In this document: one piece after another, positions 60,966-64,000 of the stretch | How the letters are laid out: each line of letters starts with the position of its first letter | Position numbering within the stretch: position 1 is the stretch's first letter | Source of the DNA: Squalus acanthias | Lineage: Eukaryota | Assembly (NCBI GenBank): GCA_030390025.1 | Contig: CM059432.1 | Coordinates: 5,332,001 to 5,396,000, forward strand | Direction: 5' to 3' | DNA length: 64,000 bases | Position numbers and translations under genes: made by a program | Notes under the pieces: model-generated | Told to the model about the DNA's origin: nothing | Database searches by the model: none | What the model saw: only the letters and a program-made list of their open reading frames with translations

Positions 60966-62915
60966 GTTGTGTTTTTTTTTGTATTCAGTGGTCAGTTGTT
61001 ATGCAAAATGATCTTGAAGAAAAAAAATCTGTTTATGCAATAATTTGTGAAAATGTACAGAATTTTATAGAAGAAAATTTGACTAATTTTTATTAAAACC
61101 TATTGTGATGCGCATGAGCAACTTGATTTGGTACAATGTAACAAACTTCAAGTGAAACACACTGATGCTGTCTACAGCCACCTTTATGCTGGGTCTAAGT
61201 TTGTTGACACTAGGAAACGTGTGATTTTTTTTTTTGTCTTTTTCTTTAATTTTTTTTTAAGGTATTAGGAAAAATCTGTGCAGAACCAAATCATATATTA
61301 TGACCATTAGCTCCACACTAGAAATTTACAGCTGAAAGTCGACTTTCAAATTCAGAAACTGGGCCATATGAGGAGTAATTTGCGGCGAGATTTCGCTTTT
61401 CGATTTCTGCCCTCGCAGCCCTCTCCTCCTCCCCCCTCACCCCTTCCCCAAACTCGGGTTTCATTTCAACGGCGTGAAGGCTGCAAGTTGTTTCCGGGCG
61501 GGAGCGGGAGAGAGTCTGCGCTGCAGTGAGCACATCACTTTTAGCAAACCACAGTTAATTGTAGATCACATGGTGTTGAGACGGTATAGGGTTGAGCGCA
61601 AAGCAGAAGGAAAAAGGGAAGAAAACACTTAGATAGCTTTAATATCTGTGGACAGAATTTCAATTTATATCAGGAATGACATTTTACTGCCTTAACCTGT
61701 AGTGTGTAGAGAGAAATGTGTTTAGATAACCTAAAGGGAAATGACAGTTTTCTAAGAATCATTAAATGCTGATTCATAACAGCGGGAGGATGGGTGGGGA
61801 GAAATTAGCAGTTGCATATGGTGGGGTGGTGTTTAGCGTCAATTAACATTGGACAGGCACTACAAAATATCCAGCTGTTTAGACAGATATTTTCTTTAAA
61901 AAAAAAATCAATCTCAAGATGCCATCCCGCTGATGATTAAAGTGGGATTGTCTAACCTGCAATTTGGTTCTGCTGAAAATTTGCACCCCTCCTCTTCGCC
62001 CCCCCCCCCCCCACCCACCCGCTCCCAAAAGACTCGTGGGTGTTGACACCGTTCAATGGTCAGTCACTAGACTTCGGCAAACAGCATAAATCAAACGGAT
62101 ACCGATCATTCGCAGCCGACGGAGCTGCTGTTGGTCAGAGGGCCTCGTTACTAGTGCTTTCAAACAGTTGAGAAAGCCGGAGAGGGAGAGGGGAAACAAT
62201 TTAATTGGTTAAGAACAAATGGAAATACTTGAAATAAAAGGTTTTAAAACTAGAGGTCAGAGTTTAAAGCACAGATATTAGAGAAAAATACAAAATATTA
62301 AACTTAAATAGTCTGGTTAGAACCTAAACCATAACCCTGCTGCAGGTTTAAAAAAAAAATTCCAGTTTCGACTTTGCAGTGTTGGCATCTGAGTATTGTT
62401 AAGAGATGACTCGTGCATGCAAAGCCATGTGCATTGTTTAATAACTTTACCAAATGTACATTCTCTCGATAAGGACCATGGTATTTTACACCACCTACTT
62501 GAGTTAACCTGATCATCGTAAGCCATGATTATTGTTTTTGAATGGGTGTAAGATGTTCGTGCTGCACAGCGAAAGAAAATGGAGCATAAGTTTAAAACGA
62601 GCGGATACTAATGGTTCCTCGTCCACTAATCTACTGTCTCATGACTGTTACTTAGTTTGGTGGCAACCAGATTCCTACGGTTTTGCAAAGTTTAAATAAT
62701 GAGTGTCATTATGCTCCCAGTAACCTGCCTTAATTGGTTATGACGTGGTATTTGTTGTGCTTTTGTAATTACCTTGATTACTAAAGTTAAACAAATGTAT
62801 TTATACCTGTTCCAGAAACATAGCAAGTATGTTTACATGTTCTAAAGTTTGTTAAAATGCAATGAATTTCTAAGTTGATTTGTTCAAATAAATTTAGCAA
62901 ATTAATATGTATGCA
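60966..62915 (+). other. mtdh: mtdh 3' UTR (probable extent)
   Basis: Follows the stop codon; mostly AT-rich and free of recognisable transposons. AATAAA at 62233-62238 and 62887-62892. Confidence 0.65.
62887..62892 (+). terminator. Probable distal polyadenylation signal AATAAA
   Basis: AATAAA followed by a GU/U-rich tract (atgtatgcattgtatatttttt); base composition shifts afterwards. Confidence 0.6.
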
Positions 62916-64000
62916 TTGTATATTTTTTCCCCGCCCTCGCAAGATTCCCTGTGGCATCGCGTACAGGTGTTTGAGACCAATTTGGATTTTTCAGCTCACG
63001 CAGGGTTAGAGGGTGTGGAATACCAAGGTGGGGTGGGAGAAAGGGAATTGAAGAGGAGGCAAATCCGGGTGTGAGGCAAGAGCAGAGATGTGACAAGTCG
63101 GGGGAGGGAGAGAGGGAAGGAAAAGGACAGTGGAAGAGGAGCGAGGAAGGGCGTACTGAGGAAGTGAAATTCAGTGCAGTGGAGGTAAGGGGTTTGAGGC
63201 ATAAAACAGCCAGCCATTGGGGGGGAAGAAGAAATGCAGTCAGTCGAGGTGATACTGTGGAGGGGAAATGCAGTTAGAGGGGAGGAGGGGCGATTACTGT
63301 AAAGGAGGAATTGAAGTGGGGTAGGGGGTAATCGGAGAGAGACGACTGCACCCAGTGGGAGGGGGGGGGGAGCAGCTGGGAGGAAGCGGGGGGATTGGCA
63401 GCCAGTGCATGGGTTGAGATGGGAAATGTAGCCAACAGAAGTAGAGTTTGAAATCTTGTTCATTAATGGGGGCGGGGGGGGGGGTTGCAAAATAATGTTC
63501 TTCAGGGGAGAAATGGGGCCAAATTTTTGCTCAGTAGATTTGCAGGGTTGTTGGGCTGTAAACATGCTCAGTGGTGGGGTGCAGTGTTTTTACAACTAGC
63601 CAGGGCCCTATTCTGATTATGTTTTAGTCTGCTTTGGGGGGGGGGGGGGGGGGGGCGACTGTCCTCTCCTTTTTATACATTATGAAAATTTGGGAGAGTG
63701 GCATTTTTCAGTCCTGGCTGCGCTTTCAGTCGAGCTGTTGCGAGGGTGAGGATGGCATTTCCCAGTTGTGTTTGGAAATGGGCCGCAGTAGTTCCTGCAA
63801 GGTGCAGCTTGCTGAAGCTGTCCAAACGCTGCTTCGGGCAGAAGCGGACAGCGGGAAGGTGAGTTCATTATTTTTTTTATGGGCGGGGGGTTGTCACCCG
63901 TCTAAAGACTTGAGTACTTCAAAATTGTTTGGGAAAACTGAGAGCGAGATGGGGGTGTTGCTTCAAAAAGGGACGAAAATAACCACAATGGCCGGGCTAT

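Noticed and set aside
62996..63565. 189-aa Pro/Ser-rich minus-strand ORF
   Set aside because: Antisense of a G/A-rich low-complexity tract; no domain or splice support.

Overview
Vertebrate genomic DNA, almost certainly from a cartilaginous fish (shark), judged from HE1/V-SINE-like and SacSINE1/Deu-like SINEs and HER1/CR1 LINEs. The window holds 11 coding exons plus the 3' UTR of metadherin (MTDH/LYRIC/AEG-1) on the + strand; exon 1 with the transmembrane segment lies upstream. I identified the exons by reading them and checking GT-AG sites and phase continuity, from (KSQ)PNGR... to ...KKKKRARRET* (stop 60963-60965). Introns are packed with nested transposon debris: CR1, L2, Vingi-like, RTE-like and Penelope-like elements (with minimal hammerhead ribozymes), hAT-like and Tc1/pogo-like MITEs, and three SINE families. 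The standout is a near full-length non-LTR retrotransposon (15836-19122, minus strand) with no ORF1. Its 5' UTR is a tRNA-derived Pol III head plus a MER131-like SINE body running almost directly into an APE-RT ORF, and its ~2.9 kb sense strand contains no TTTT Pol III terminator. Three SINE copies elsewhere in the window look like internal-deletion derivatives of it. Together this suggests a Pol III-transcribed, protein-coding LINE with a bipartite SINE progeny. Family names come from my recognition of sequence, not from database searches, and repeat boundaries are approximate.
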